Below, piece by piece: positions 8,907-18,056 of a stretch of 64,000 nucleotides of DNA (the stretch's first letter is position 1; every line of letters begins with the position of its first letter). The translations under genes were made by a program, and so were the position numbers. This DNA is from an uncultured Spirochaetota bacterium (GTDB lineage: Bacteria; Spirochaetota; UBA4802; UBA5550). The notes below the pieces were generated by a model, which had not been told where the DNA came from, searched no databases, and saw nothing but the letters and a program-made list of their open reading frames with translations. The stretch spans positions 192,001 through 256,000 of the forward strand of contig CAWHAA010000005.1 in NCBI GenBank assembly GCA_963827275.1. The letters are read 5' to 3'.

Positions 8907-10874
8907 TTAGCTGATTTTGACCCTGGTGAGCCACCAGTTCGCGGCCCCGGTCAGGGGATCGATATCATTCGCCATTATCTCCTTGGGATTCACGCCTTTC
9001 TTCTTCGCATACTTCGTGTAGGCCTTGTGCCCGAACCCCAGCGGGATCGCAATCGTATCCGGGGCCACCGTGTCCGTCAGGTGGGCGCGGACGCTGCCGA
9101 TTTCGCCCCGGGATGATTCTATATCGATCCGCTCGCCTTCGCTGACGCCCTCTCTGTCCGCGGTCTCGCGGTTGATCTGGACCCAGAGCTTGCCTTCGGA
9201 GAAGGTCTTATCGTCGATCGTCTTGAGCACATAGGGGAAGGCCATCCCGTCGCCGTCGCCGACAAAGGCCAGCTCGGTCGGGATGAGCGAGAGCGTAAAT
9301 TCCCCCGTGTCCTTGAGGGTCTTTTCCAGGAGCGCGAGCTGGTCTTTCAGCACCTTCGCGTTATAGACCGTGCCGCCGATTCCGACCGCCGCCCCGTAGT
9401 TCTTCACCAGGTCAACGTAGCCGGCCCAGTTGAAGCTCCCCTTGATGTCGTCAACCTTCCTGGCGAGGCTGATGATTGCGTCGCCGGCGTGGACCGCCTT
9501 CATGTACGGTTTGAGCGCCGCGTCCCCGCCCGGGTTGGCCGATTCGAGGAAGCTCAGCGAGGGGAATATATAATCGGCGTACATTGCCGTGTCGTTGAGG
9601 AGCGGCATGATGCCCACGACAAACGCCTTTTCCATCTTCTCGATCAGCTCTTTGGCATACACGCTGCGGTACGCGGGATCGGCCTCGTTTACAAACAGCA
9701 TTTCGAAAGAGCCGTTCTTGATGAAATCGTCGAGCCCGGCGTGCTTTTTCGCCGCCTGCAGGGACGCCGCCGCGTTCGCGGAGAGGGCCGGTTCGCCCAG
9801 GCCCGGGTTTTTCTTCAGGGCGGCGGAGCGTGAGTTCACCAGTTGGTTGAGCGCGTACACCGCCATTATTTCCGCGGATGAAGAGGAGACCCCTTTGCCG
9901 CCGCGGCCCGCGACCGCGACCGGGTTCCCCGCGCGGGAGAAGGCTTCGGCCACGTCTTCAATCTGCTTCGCCTTCAGGCCGGTCAGGGCCGCTACTTTTT
10001 CCGTCGTATAGCTGCCGACAACCGCCATCCAGTCGGCGCCGCCGGTGGCCCGGCCTTTCTTCATTAAATAGTTCGCAATGCCCAGGGCAAGGATCAGTTC
10101 CGTGCCCGGCTTCACTGCGAGCCACTGGTCCGCGATTGAGGCAGTCCGCGTGCGGACCGCATCGACCTGGACGAGCTTCGTTCCCTTCTTTTTCCACTCG
10201 ATGAACGCCTTGTTCATTGAGCAGGAGGAGCCCCAGCCTTCCAGGAGGCGGGCGCCGAAGCTCAGGATGAAGTCTGCATTCTGGAAGTCGTAATCGACAT
10301 ACCCGCCGAGGGCGGCCTGGGTGAGGGAATTCAGTGAAGGCTCGTAATATGCGTTGCCGCTGCCGGCCGCCTTGACCATCCGGTCCAGGAGCGCCGCCGC
10401 GAGATTGTCATTCTTGTTGATGCCGGCGATGAGGTTCCCCTTCTTGTCGGCGATAAGCTTGTTCATCCGTTTGGAGATGTCGGCAAGGGCCTCTTCCCAG
10501 GAAACCTTTTCAAACGCCGACGCCTTTGCGCTCCCCTTGCTGCCGGTGCGCTTGAGGGGCGTGTCGATCCGCTCCGGGTGGTACACCAGCTGGAGCGCGT
10601 TCTGGCTGAACGGGCACCCGCTGTTCGATGATTCAATCTTCACCGCGCGGTCGCCGATCATCCGTATGGACATCTCGCATTTTTCACGGCATGCCGCGCA
10701 CATGGTCTTGAGATACTCTTCCTTGCCGGGCACGGGCACGTACTGGTCCTGCGTCCACTCAACCAGCCACTGCAGGCCGAGGAACGGGGCGCCGGAAAAC
10801 ACGTAGCCGGTAAGACCGCCGACAACCGCGCCGCCGCCTATCTTAAGAAAGTCTTTTCTCTCTATCTTTTTCAT
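8907..10874 (-). CDS. qrcB: Molybdopterin-oxidoreductase-fold periplasmic subunit, QrcB-type (probably non-catalytic)
   Basis: Tat-like leader ERKDFLK, CxxCxxxC..C, YHPERIDTPLKR, VSWEEAL, ADFILSFGARLLEGWG, VKPGTE, C-terminal Molydop-binding-like region (IAIPLGFGH); operon context. Confidence 0.8.
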   Translation of the reverse strand: MKKIERKDFLKIGGGAVVGGLTGYVFSGAPFLGLQWLVEWTQDQYVPVPGKEEYLKTMCAACREKCEMSIRMIGDRAVKIESSNSGCPFSQNALQLVYHPERIDTPLKRTGSKGSAKASAFEKVSWEEALADISKRMNKLIADKKGNLIAGINKNDNLAAALLDRMVKAAGSGNAYYEPSLNSLTQAALGGYVDYDFQNADFILSFGARLLEGWGSSCSMNKAFIEWKKKGTKLVQVDAVRTRTASIADQWLAVKPGTELILALGIANYLMKKGRATGGADWMAVVGSYTTEKVAALTGLKAKQIEDVAEAFSRAGNPVAVAGRGGKGVSSSSAEIMAVYALNQLVNSRSAALKKNPGLGEPALSANAAASLQAAKKHAGLDDFIKNGSFEMLFVNEADPAYRSVYAKELIEKMEKAFVVGIMPLLNDTAMYADYIFPSLSFLESANPGGDAALKPYMKAVHAGDAIISLARKVDDIKGSFNWAGYVDLVKNYGAAVGIGGTVYNAKVLKDQLALLEKTLKDTGEFTLSLIPTELAFVGDGDGMAFPYVLKTIDDKTFSEGKLWVQINRETADREGVSEGERIDIESSRGEIGSVRAHLTDTVAPDTIAIPLGFGHKAYTKYAKKKGVNPKEIMANDIDPLTGAANWWLTRVKIS

Positions 10875-10916
10875 GGATTATTTATCTCCTCTGACGATTT
10901 TCATGATACCGGGATA

Positions 10917-11492
10917 TCAATCGTGGCATACGGCGCACTTGTTGCTCAGCTGCAGGGCGGTGTGGCAATCCATGCACTGTCCCATGAGCATCTTGCCGCT
11001 CAGCATGTCCATGTTCCTGGAGCTCGCCTTGTCGCCATGGCATGATCCGCAGCGGGACTTCTGCCTGCCGTCTTCATATTTCGCGGTCATGACGACCTTG
11101 TGGCTGAAATAGACCAGGTCGGGCTGTTTCGCGTAGGAGCCCCACGGCTTGTCCGTGTCCGCGTATTTATCGAACATCGGCTTTCTGAGGGCCGTTCCCG
11201 GAGCGGCGTCCTTGGAGGAAGCGTTCCGGTCATGGCACGAGGTGCAGTCGCCCACGGTCGGGACGCCCTTGAACCTGCCGTTTTCATGATAGCCGTGGCA
11301 GACTTCGCAGTCGTCCTTGGCCATGCCGTTCTCCGGGAAATATTTGGTTAAATGGGACTGGTGGTTAAATACAACCGCTTTCTCCGGATGGTTTGCCATC
11401 ACGTAAGAACAACCCTTCTCGGAAGCTATAAAGGAAGCATAGAAGGATAAAATAAAGGGGATTCCGATAAGAAGTACTGTACGTTTCACCAA
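10917..11492 (-). CDS. qrcA: Membrane-anchored pentahaem cytochrome c, QrcA-type
   Basis: N-terminal TM helix; five CxxCH motifs (CEVCH, CTSCH, CGSCH, CMDCH, CAVCH); FNHQSH and QPDLVYFSH; TTG start with GGAG RBS. Confidence 0.85.
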   Translation of the reverse strand: MVKRTVLLIGIPFILSFYASFIASEKGCSYVMANHPEKAVVFNHQSHLTKYFPENGMAKDDCEVCHGYHENGRFKGVPTVGDCTSCHDRNASSKDAAPGTALRKPMFDKYADTDKPWGSYAKQPDLVYFSHKVVMTAKYEDGRQKSRCGSCHGDKASSRNMDMLSGKMLMGQCMDCHTALQLSNKCAVCHD

Positions 11493-11765
11493 GCTTCTCC
11501 TTTTTTCCAGTATATATAAGGCAAAAATTGGTATATTGCCACACTGTCAATACCCTGACGGAAACATCCGTTTCCTCTCCTCCGCCGCAGGGGCCGAAAA
11601 AGCGATCAGGCATGAACAATCATGAGGAATTAACAGTACAATTATCAAAAAATCAGCGGCTTCTCACGTCACTTTTTAGTTGATTTATATATTTTTTGTA
11701 ACAAGTTTTATGTCAACAAAATAATAAAAAATTCTTTTCAATTTAAAACGCCATAATTGCTCTGT

Positions 11766-13307
11766 TTATCCCTGTATCTGCCGCATCGCGATACCAAGAC
11801 AGTCCTGATCGGCGCCAGGCATATCGATCGAGGCAACTCCTGTCCGGGGGGCCATACTGACCGTTGTATCAGCGTTGATTCTTATCCTGAACCTTCCAAG
11901 CAAACCCATTATCCCGAGCGCCAGGCCCCTGGCCTTCCTCTGGCCGGTGTCATGCAATATAACCGCCACATAGTCATCATACCGGCAGATAACGCCCCTG
12001 CTTTTTATCCTATCCGCCAGCGCCGGGGCGACAAGCCTGATGACCGTGTTCTTCTGAGCATCATCGATGTAACCGATGGCATCGAAAAGACCGATTAATA
12101 CTATTGAAAAGATTTTGCCGCCGCCCTTCCATGATTTTCTGCTCTCGTCGAACGTGAGGTTGAAATAGATTTTATTATAAAGCCCCGTCGCGGCATCGAC
12201 CATCAAGTCATTGACGGCGAGGTAATCATGGATGTCCTTCATGATGCCCGCCATGGCGGTCTTTAACTCGCGGATTTCGGCACCCTGCAGGCCCGCCTGC
12301 TTCAGCATCATCACGCACCCGAGGAACACGCCGTTGTACACGAGGGGGACAAGGACCCTGCGGCCGTCTTCCATCACCATGGTCGCACCGCCGCGCATCT
12401 CATGACCCGCTTCATCCTCCGCATCTATCGCATCGAAGCTGGTCGAATTGATTCCGGTGAAGACGGTGCCGTTCAGCTCCATGGCCTTGAGCAGCCTGCC
12501 GGAGGAATGGGAGAGATACAGCGAAAGGCTGTCGGCGCCGTAGGCCCTGGCGGCCTTCCTGAAAAGCTCGTGCACGTATCCGCCCAGCGTGTCGGACGCG
12601 GCCGCCGGCGCGTCGCGGGAGACGACGCCGTCCCCGCGCGATGCCGGCCGGTCCCGCAGGTCAAGGTTGATGGTATAGCGGTCCCCCTTCTCCCGCCGCG
12701 ACGGCGTTTTTGTCAGCGCGATGTACAGGGCGGCGAAGATGACCACGATGCACGCGACTACCAGCGCGACCTCGAGCGCGGTGCGCACCAGGATCTTCCC
12801 GCCGAAGAGGTACGGGTACACGACCAGGAGCCGGTATGGCCCCGCCCTGCTGATGAAAACATAGAACTTGACCTGCCCGGCGCCGCGTCCCGTTTTTTCA
12901 TCATAGTACCTGACCGCGTAGGGGTTTTCCCGGCTTATATTGAAGGCGTCCTGTGTGAAATCCTTGAGGATCGCCTCGAACAGCTCCGAGGACCTGATGA
13001 ACCGGTCGTTCTTGCTTGAGAGCCGCACGGTGAGCCCCGGATCGGTAATGGCCATGAGCGCGATATCGCGGTTTTTCTCATGGACGCGGGCGAGGAACCC
13101 GGACAGGTCGTCCTGCCCCGGGGCCTTCTTCTCTCCGGCCAGGCGCTTTTCCATGGCGCCATATTCGCCCACGATCCGGTTGGTCTTCACGACAAGCGAG
13201 GCGATGATATCGCGCTCGACGTAGTTAAACCGCACGGTGAAATAGAGGAACAGGCTCAGCGCCAGGAACACGGCCCCCGCCGCGATAACTCTGAATTTCG
13301 TCGTCAT
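11766..13307 (-). CDS. Two-TM membrane protein with GAF-like and degenerate GGDEF-like domains
   Basis: Two TM segments; DAATGLYNKIYF (typical GGDEF N-terminus), but the active-site region reads CRYDDYV. Confidence 0.6.
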   Translation of the reverse strand: MTTKFRVIAAGAVFLALSLFLYFTVRFNYVERDIIASLVVKTNRIVGEYGAMEKRLAGEKKAPGQDDLSGFLARVHEKNRDIALMAITDPGLTVRLSSKNDRFIRSSELFEAILKDFTQDAFNISRENPYAVRYYDEKTGRGAGQVKFYVFISRAGPYRLLVVYPYLFGGKILVRTALEVALVVACIVVIFAALYIALTKTPSRREKGDRYTINLDLRDRPASRGDGVVSRDAPAAASDTLGGYVHELFRKAARAYGADSLSLYLSHSSGRLLKAMELNGTVFTGINSTSFDAIDAEDEAGHEMRGGATMVMEDGRRVLVPLVYNGVFLGCVMMLKQAGLQGAEIRELKTAMAGIMKDIHDYLAVNDLMVDAATGLYNKIYFNLTFDESRKSWKGGGKIFSIVLIGLFDAIGYIDDAQKNTVIRLVAPALADRIKSRGVICRYDDYVAVILHDTGQRKARGLALGIMGLLGRFRIRINADTTVSMAPRTGVASIDMPGADQDCLGIAMRQIQG

Positions 13308-13316
13308 GCCGTCTCG

Positions 13317-15281
13317 CTATTTTTCCCCGCCGGGCGTCATATCATACATCCGGTCTTCCTCCCACACGTACATCCCCCGTCCGTTTTTCGCCCGGTCGGG
13401 GCAGATCTTCATGATATATTTTTTCTCGTTCGGCCAGTAGGCGTTCTTCTGGCTGTGGTAGTAGCTGTCAAGGTCGCTGACATACTTCAACCCGTCCGAC
13501 CATATCTTCACGCCCCTGCCGTCGCGCTCCCCGTCCTTGAAGCGGCCGATATAGCGCGAGCTGTCAACGTAATACCATACCCCTTTCCCGTCGATCTTCC
13601 CATCGCGGAATTCCCCCACGTACTTGTCGCCGGAGGGGAGCATGAGCGAGCCCTGTCCGTGCATGCGGTCGTCCTGAAAATACCCGGTGTACCGCGCGCC
13701 GAACCACTCCGATTTCTTGCCCCAGGTGTAGGTGCCGAGCCCGTGCTTCCTGCCGTTCTTCCAGTCGCCCTCGTAGGAATCGCCCTCGCCCACTGTGAGC
13801 TTTTTCTCCTTCAGCATCACGCCGTTCGACCATGCCGCGGAATACTTCGCGATGACGGCGCCCTTTTCATCGTACTCGAACAGGGAGCCGTCGCCATGGC
13901 GCTTCCCGTCGAAAAACTGGCCGATATATTTTGACTTGATCCTGCCGTCGCGGTCATAGAGGATCAGCGTGCCCTCCCCGTTCGCCTTTCCGTCGATCAC
14001 CTGGCCGATGTAGTGGGAGAGGAGCACCCCGTTTTCATCATAGGTCAGGATCGACGCCTCCCCCGTCTCCTTGTCGCCGATATACATGCCGAGATATTTC
14101 CGGACCACCTTCCCGGCCTGGTTGTACACGAACTCGGTCCCCTGGCCGTCGCGCCGGTCATTGGCGAATTCCCCGATAAACTTTTTGAGCAGGCGGCCGT
14201 TGTCGTCATAGGTAAGCAGGACGCCGTCGCCGTGCTTCATCCCGTCCTTGAATTTTCCTTCATACTTCCGCACCATCACGCCGCGGTCGTTGTAGGTTAT
14301 GAGCGTGCCGTCGCCGTCGGGCTTCCCGTTCCTGAAATGCCCCTTGTATTCCTCGATCACGCCGCCCTGCTTGTTGTAGGTGACGAGCGTTCCCTCTCCC
14401 TCGGGAACGCCGTTGCTGAACGTCCCGGTATACTTGCTGAGGACCTTGCCGTCCTTGTCATACGTGATGAGCGTTCCCTGTCCCTCGGGCCTGCCGTTCT
14501 TCACCTTCCCGGTATACTTCGTCTTTTCCTTCCCGTCGCTGTCGTAGGTGATGATGGTCGCCTCGCCGTCTATGGAACCGTCGCGGTATTTTCCCGATAT
14601 TTTTTCGACCAGCTTGCCGTTTTGATCATACTTGAACACATCGACGAGGCCGCTCGGTTTTCCCTCATAAAATGTACCGACGATCTTCGATTCGATTTTA
14701 CCGTCCCTGTCATAGGTTATGAGCACCCCCTTGCCGTCCGGCACGCCGCTGGAGAAAAATCCGGAATACTCGCTCCTGAGCACGCCGCGTTCATCGTACG
14801 TTTTCATGACGCCTTCGCCGTCGAGACGGTTGTCCCGGAAGAAGCCGTCCTGTACGCTCTGTATCTTGCCGTTTTCGTGGTAGGCGGTCAGGGTGCCGCG
14901 GTCATACGCGCCGTTTTTCATCGTCCCCCTGAACTGGGCGGTCAGCCTCCCCCGGGAATCGTATTCCGACACCACCACCTCGCCGACCGGCACGCCGTTT
15001 TCAAACATGCCCTCGATCTTCTTGATGACATTTCCTTTGTCATCCAGCACATACAGCACTCCCTTGCCATGGGGCTTGCCGTTTTTCGTTTCCCCTACAT
15101 ACCGGTGGTTGTCCCAGACCAGCGCGCCCTTGTCGGCCGGCAGTTTGGCCGCCTCCTTCTGCGCCGCCCGGTCGCCGGCAACGGAGCTGTCTTGTTGCGT
15201 GCGGACCTGCTTTTTGCTCATATCGCAGGCCGCCACGCTCGCGGCAATCACCACCAACAGGATCAGACTCACCCTTTTCAT
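13317..15281 (-). CDS. MORN-like repeat lipoprotein
   Basis: MKRVSLILLVVIAASVAA|C lipobox (second Met of the ORF, GAGGGGG RBS); about 15 tandem 28-aa repeats, then about 4 canonical MORN repeats (YEGDWKNGRKHGLG). Confidence 0.85.
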   Translation of the reverse strand: MKRVSLILLVVIAASVAACDMSKKQVRTQQDSSVAGDRAAQKEAAKLPADKGALVWDNHRYVGETKNGKPHGKGVLYVLDDKGNVIKKIEGMFENGVPVGEVVVSEYDSRGRLTAQFRGTMKNGAYDRGTLTAYHENGKIQSVQDGFFRDNRLDGEGVMKTYDERGVLRSEYSGFFSSGVPDGKGVLITYDRDGKIESKIVGTFYEGKPSGLVDVFKYDQNGKLVEKISGKYRDGSIDGEATIITYDSDGKEKTKYTGKVKNGRPEGQGTLITYDKDGKVLSKYTGTFSNGVPEGEGTLVTYNKQGGVIEEYKGHFRNGKPDGDGTLITYNDRGVMVRKYEGKFKDGMKHGDGVLLTYDDNGRLLKKFIGEFANDRRDGQGTEFVYNQAGKVVRKYLGMYIGDKETGEASILTYDENGVLLSHYIGQVIDGKANGEGTLILYDRDGRIKSKYIGQFFDGKRHGDGSLFEYDEKGAVIAKYSAAWSNGVMLKEKKLTVGEGDSYEGDWKNGRKHGLGTYTWGKKSEWFGARYTGYFQDDRMHGQGSLMLPSGDKYVGEFRDGKIDGKGVWYYVDSSRYIGRFKDGERDGRGVKIWSDGLKYVSDLDSYYHSQKNAYWPNEKKYIMKICPDRAKNGRGMYVWEEDRMYDMTPGGEK

Positions 15282-15450
15282 CGCGTCCCCCCTCAGGATT
15301 TTCATGGATTCCCCGGGCAGCGCCGCCAGAACACCCCCGGAAAACTGTACAGATAATGATGAATAAACCTCATTGTTCCGGTGATTGTCAAGATTTTTAG
15401 CTTTTAGCCCTAAATTTCTTCTCCCCCGCCCGCCGGGGAGAAACAGTGTT

Positions 15451-15477
15451 TAAGAAATAGCAATTCCCGGCCGATAC
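15451..15477 (+). promoter_or_regulatory. Putative sigma28 (FliA) promoter
   Basis: TAAG-N15-GCCGATAC, about 50 nt upstream of the ATG at 15527. Confidence 0.55.
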
Positions 15478-15526
15478 TATACCCAAACATGTTACATACA
15501 GTTAAAACCCTTTATATGGTGATGCC

Positions 15527-16435
15527 ATGATACCCGATAAACACCTGGCCTTTATATCAATCCTGACGCTCTGCCTCGTCGCAATGACCGCAACGGGCAT
15601 AGGGTCAAAAGAGTATCCCTACCTCCCGATCGACGTGAGCAGGGTGTCGAGCTATGAAACCGACCGGGTCGTGTTTCAGCGCATCGAGCATTTCAGCGAC
15701 CTGTCGCTGGACCATTCGATGGAATCCCTCCTGATCATCGAGGACAAGAAAATGTTCCTGATGATAGACGGGTATGACAATCCCCTTGACGCGAACGCGA
15801 GAAAATTCAGGGCCGAAGTCAGCAACCTGTACGGGGAGAACGCCGAGGACCGGATGTGGACCAATAAAATCAACGGCAAGCCCGATTTCGTCCAGATCAT
15901 GGAACGGCGGGCGCCGATCATGATGAACGCCAATGAAGAGTATGTTTCACAGAACTTCGGCACCTTTTACAAATCCATCCGGGACAAGTTCATCCAGGAG
16001 CACGTGGACAAGTACCGCCAGATACTGAGGAGCCGCAAGGACGCGGGCGTACATATCGAGCGGAAGCGCATCCCCCGGCCGATGTCCGTGGGGGACAACG
16101 AAGAGTATAAGGACAAGTACTACACGTCGGCGCAGGCAAAGGCATTCGACGGCACGATGTACATTTGCGAAGACGCGGACGGCGACGGCGTCACCGAGAC
16201 CTTCATCGCAAAGGCGCGCGACGGTTTCAACTGGGGCTACAAGTCAGGGCCCGACCTGGTCATCATATTGAAAAACACCGACAAGGACATCGAGACCCTT
16301 ATCGGCAAGCTCGTCAACGAGGCGATGTACGGCAGCGTCGATGACGAAAAGGCCATGATCGAGACCTTCCCGAAAGAGAAGGACATATCCGATCTGCTCA
16401 AATGGCTCACGCCGAAAGACCCCAACAGCAAATAA
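15527..16435 (+). CDS. Uncharacterised secreted protein
   Basis: 302 aa, hydrophobic N-terminal signal, host-like codon usage; no family recognised. Confidence 0.75.
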   Translation: MIPDKHLAFISILTLCLVAMTATGIGSKEYPYLPIDVSRVSSYETDRVVFQRIEHFSDLSLDHSMESLLIIEDKKMFLMIDGYDNPLDANARKFRAEVSNLYGENAEDRMWTNKINGKPDFVQIMERRAPIMMNANEEYVSQNFGTFYKSIRDKFIQEHVDKYRQILRSRKDAGVHIERKRIPRPMSVGDNEEYKDKYYTSAQAKAFDGTMYICEDADGDGVTETFIAKARDGFNWGYKSGPDLVIILKNTDKDIETLIGKLVNEAMYGSVDDEKAMIETFPKEKDISDLLKWLTPKDPNSK

Positions 16436-16456
16436 CAACGAGAAGGAGCGCCTTCC

Positions 16457-17152
16457 ATGAAACGTACCGGCATGACGCCATACTGTGCCCTTATCGCCAT
16501 GCTCATGCTCGCACCGGCCTGCTCAGGGCCCGGCGGCGGGCAGGGGGCGGAGGTGCCGGACCTGGCTAAAGAATGCATGGAAGGACGGTGTGTGGAGGGA
16601 CAGTTCGAGACCGCCTATCAGCGCTTTGTCGTCGTCACGGGGAACGTCGTCAATCTCCGGTCGCGCCCCGACCTCACCTCGCAGGTGCTGGCGAGGCCGG
16701 CGGTGACCCGCAAGGTCACCGTCCTGTACGTCAGGCCCGGCGAAGAGACGATCGGCGGCATGAAGGGAAGATGGGCATACATAAAGGACGGCGCCGACAT
16801 CAACCTCAGGGGATGGATCTTCGATTACTTCCTCGGATACGTCAGCTGCTTTGCCAGGCCGGAGCAGTGGAAGATACGGGAGATCCGCGTCATACTCAAG
16901 GGGAAGCTCACCGTGTACCGCTGCACCGCGGACCGGAGGTTCGAGGTCGTGCAGGATGAAATGATATACAAAAAGGACGGGAATAAAAAAACGGACGCGG
17001 TGAGCGGCGACATACTCCAGTGCAAAAACGTCATCTGGCTGAAAAAGGACAGGCCTGACGACTACCCCGTATTCTTCCACATATCGGACAACGGCGCCCT
17101 CGCGCTTCCCGACCAGTACCGGGACATGCGCGGAATCATCATGACACGTTAA
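16457..17152 (+). CDS. SH3_3-domain putative lipoprotein
   Basis: LAPA|C lipobox; VTGNVVNLRSRP...KGRWAYI...RGWIFDYFL bacterial SH3 pattern. Confidence 0.75.
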   Translation: MKRTGMTPYCALIAMLMLAPACSGPGGGQGAEVPDLAKECMEGRCVEGQFETAYQRFVVVTGNVVNLRSRPDLTSQVLARPAVTRKVTVLYVRPGEETIGGMKGRWAYIKDGADINLRGWIFDYFLGYVSCFARPEQWKIREIRVILKGKLTVYRCTADRRFEVVQDEMIYKKDGNKKTDAVSGDILQCKNVIWLKKDRPDDYPVFFHISDNGALALPDQYRDMRGIIMTR

Positions 17153-18030
17153 TCACCCGGCGCCCGGCCCTCCCGCCCCGTCGCGGGATCGTGCCCGGTG
17201 ATATCGTAACGGCCGGGATCGGCCGTCACGGGCAGGGCCAGGAGCCGCGGCAGCGAAAAACCGGAGGGGTCGCGGTACTGCGCCAGGCCGAGGGCCATGC
17301 CATCGAGCCCGGCGGCCGGCGACTCCCGGTACGTGCCGAACAGCCGGTCCCACCACGAAAAACCGAGCCCGAAATCGCTGTTGGTCTCACCCGCGAGGGT
17401 TGAATGGTGCACCCGGTGCATATCCGGCGTGACCGCGATGCGGCGGAGGACCCGGTCCGCGGCCGCGGGCAGGCGCACGTTGCCATGGATGAACAGGGCG
17501 GCGCCGCTCTGGAATATCTCGAAGATAATGACCGCCAGGGGTGACGGCCCGATTACCGAAACCGCGGCAAGCTTTACCGACATGGCGATGACCGCCTCGA
17601 GCGGGTGGTAGCGCACGCCGGTGGTAAGGTCAACGTCGGTGTCGGCGTGGTGGACCAGGTGGAGCCTCCAGAGCGGGGGGAGCATGTGGAACATGACGTG
17701 CTGGAGGTACACGACCAGGTCGAGCAGCGCGACGCCGATGGCGGCGTTGAGCCAGGCGGGGGCGCCGAAGGTGTTCAGCAGGCCCCAGCCGTTCGCCCGT
17801 GCGAGCGCCGCCATCGCGACCGGCACCGCGGAGAAGATGAGCCGGATCGCCACCGTGTTGATGAACATGAGGCAGAGGTTCGAAAACCACCTGCCGGCCC
17901 TGCCCGCGAGGAGTGAACGCCGCGGCGACGCGATCTCAGCCGCCGCCACGGCGGCGAAAACAGACAGGAAGATCGTGAGGCGCAGCGCGGATCCGCTGAA
18001 CTGGAACTGGGACAGGAACTGTTCGGTCAT
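17149..18030 (-). CDS. Sterol desaturase / fatty acid hydroxylase family protein
   Basis: His boxes YLQHVMFH, LHLVHH, RYHP, FIHGN, HRVHH, WWDRLFGT. Confidence 0.92.
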   Translation of the reverse strand: MTEQFLSQFQFSGSALRLTIFLSVFAAVAAAEIASPRRSLLAGRAGRWFSNLCLMFINTVAIRLIFSAVPVAMAALARANGWGLLNTFGAPAWLNAAIGVALLDLVVYLQHVMFHMLPPLWRLHLVHHADTDVDLTTGVRYHPLEAVIAMSVKLAAVSVIGPSPLAVIIFEIFQSGAALFIHGNVRLPAAADRVLRRIAVTPDMHRVHHSTLAGETNSDFGLGFSWWDRLFGTYRESPAAGLDGMALGLAQYRDPSGFSLPRLLALPVTADPGRYDITGHDPATGREGRAPGD

Positions 18031-18056
18031 ACGTGAAACCCCTTACTCATTCAGGA

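Noticed and set aside
13317..15281. CRISPR array or DGR template/variable repeat in the repetitive region
   Set aside because: The repeats are degenerate protein-level repeats with no identical DNA direct repeats or spacers, and there is no cas or reverse transcriptase gene.
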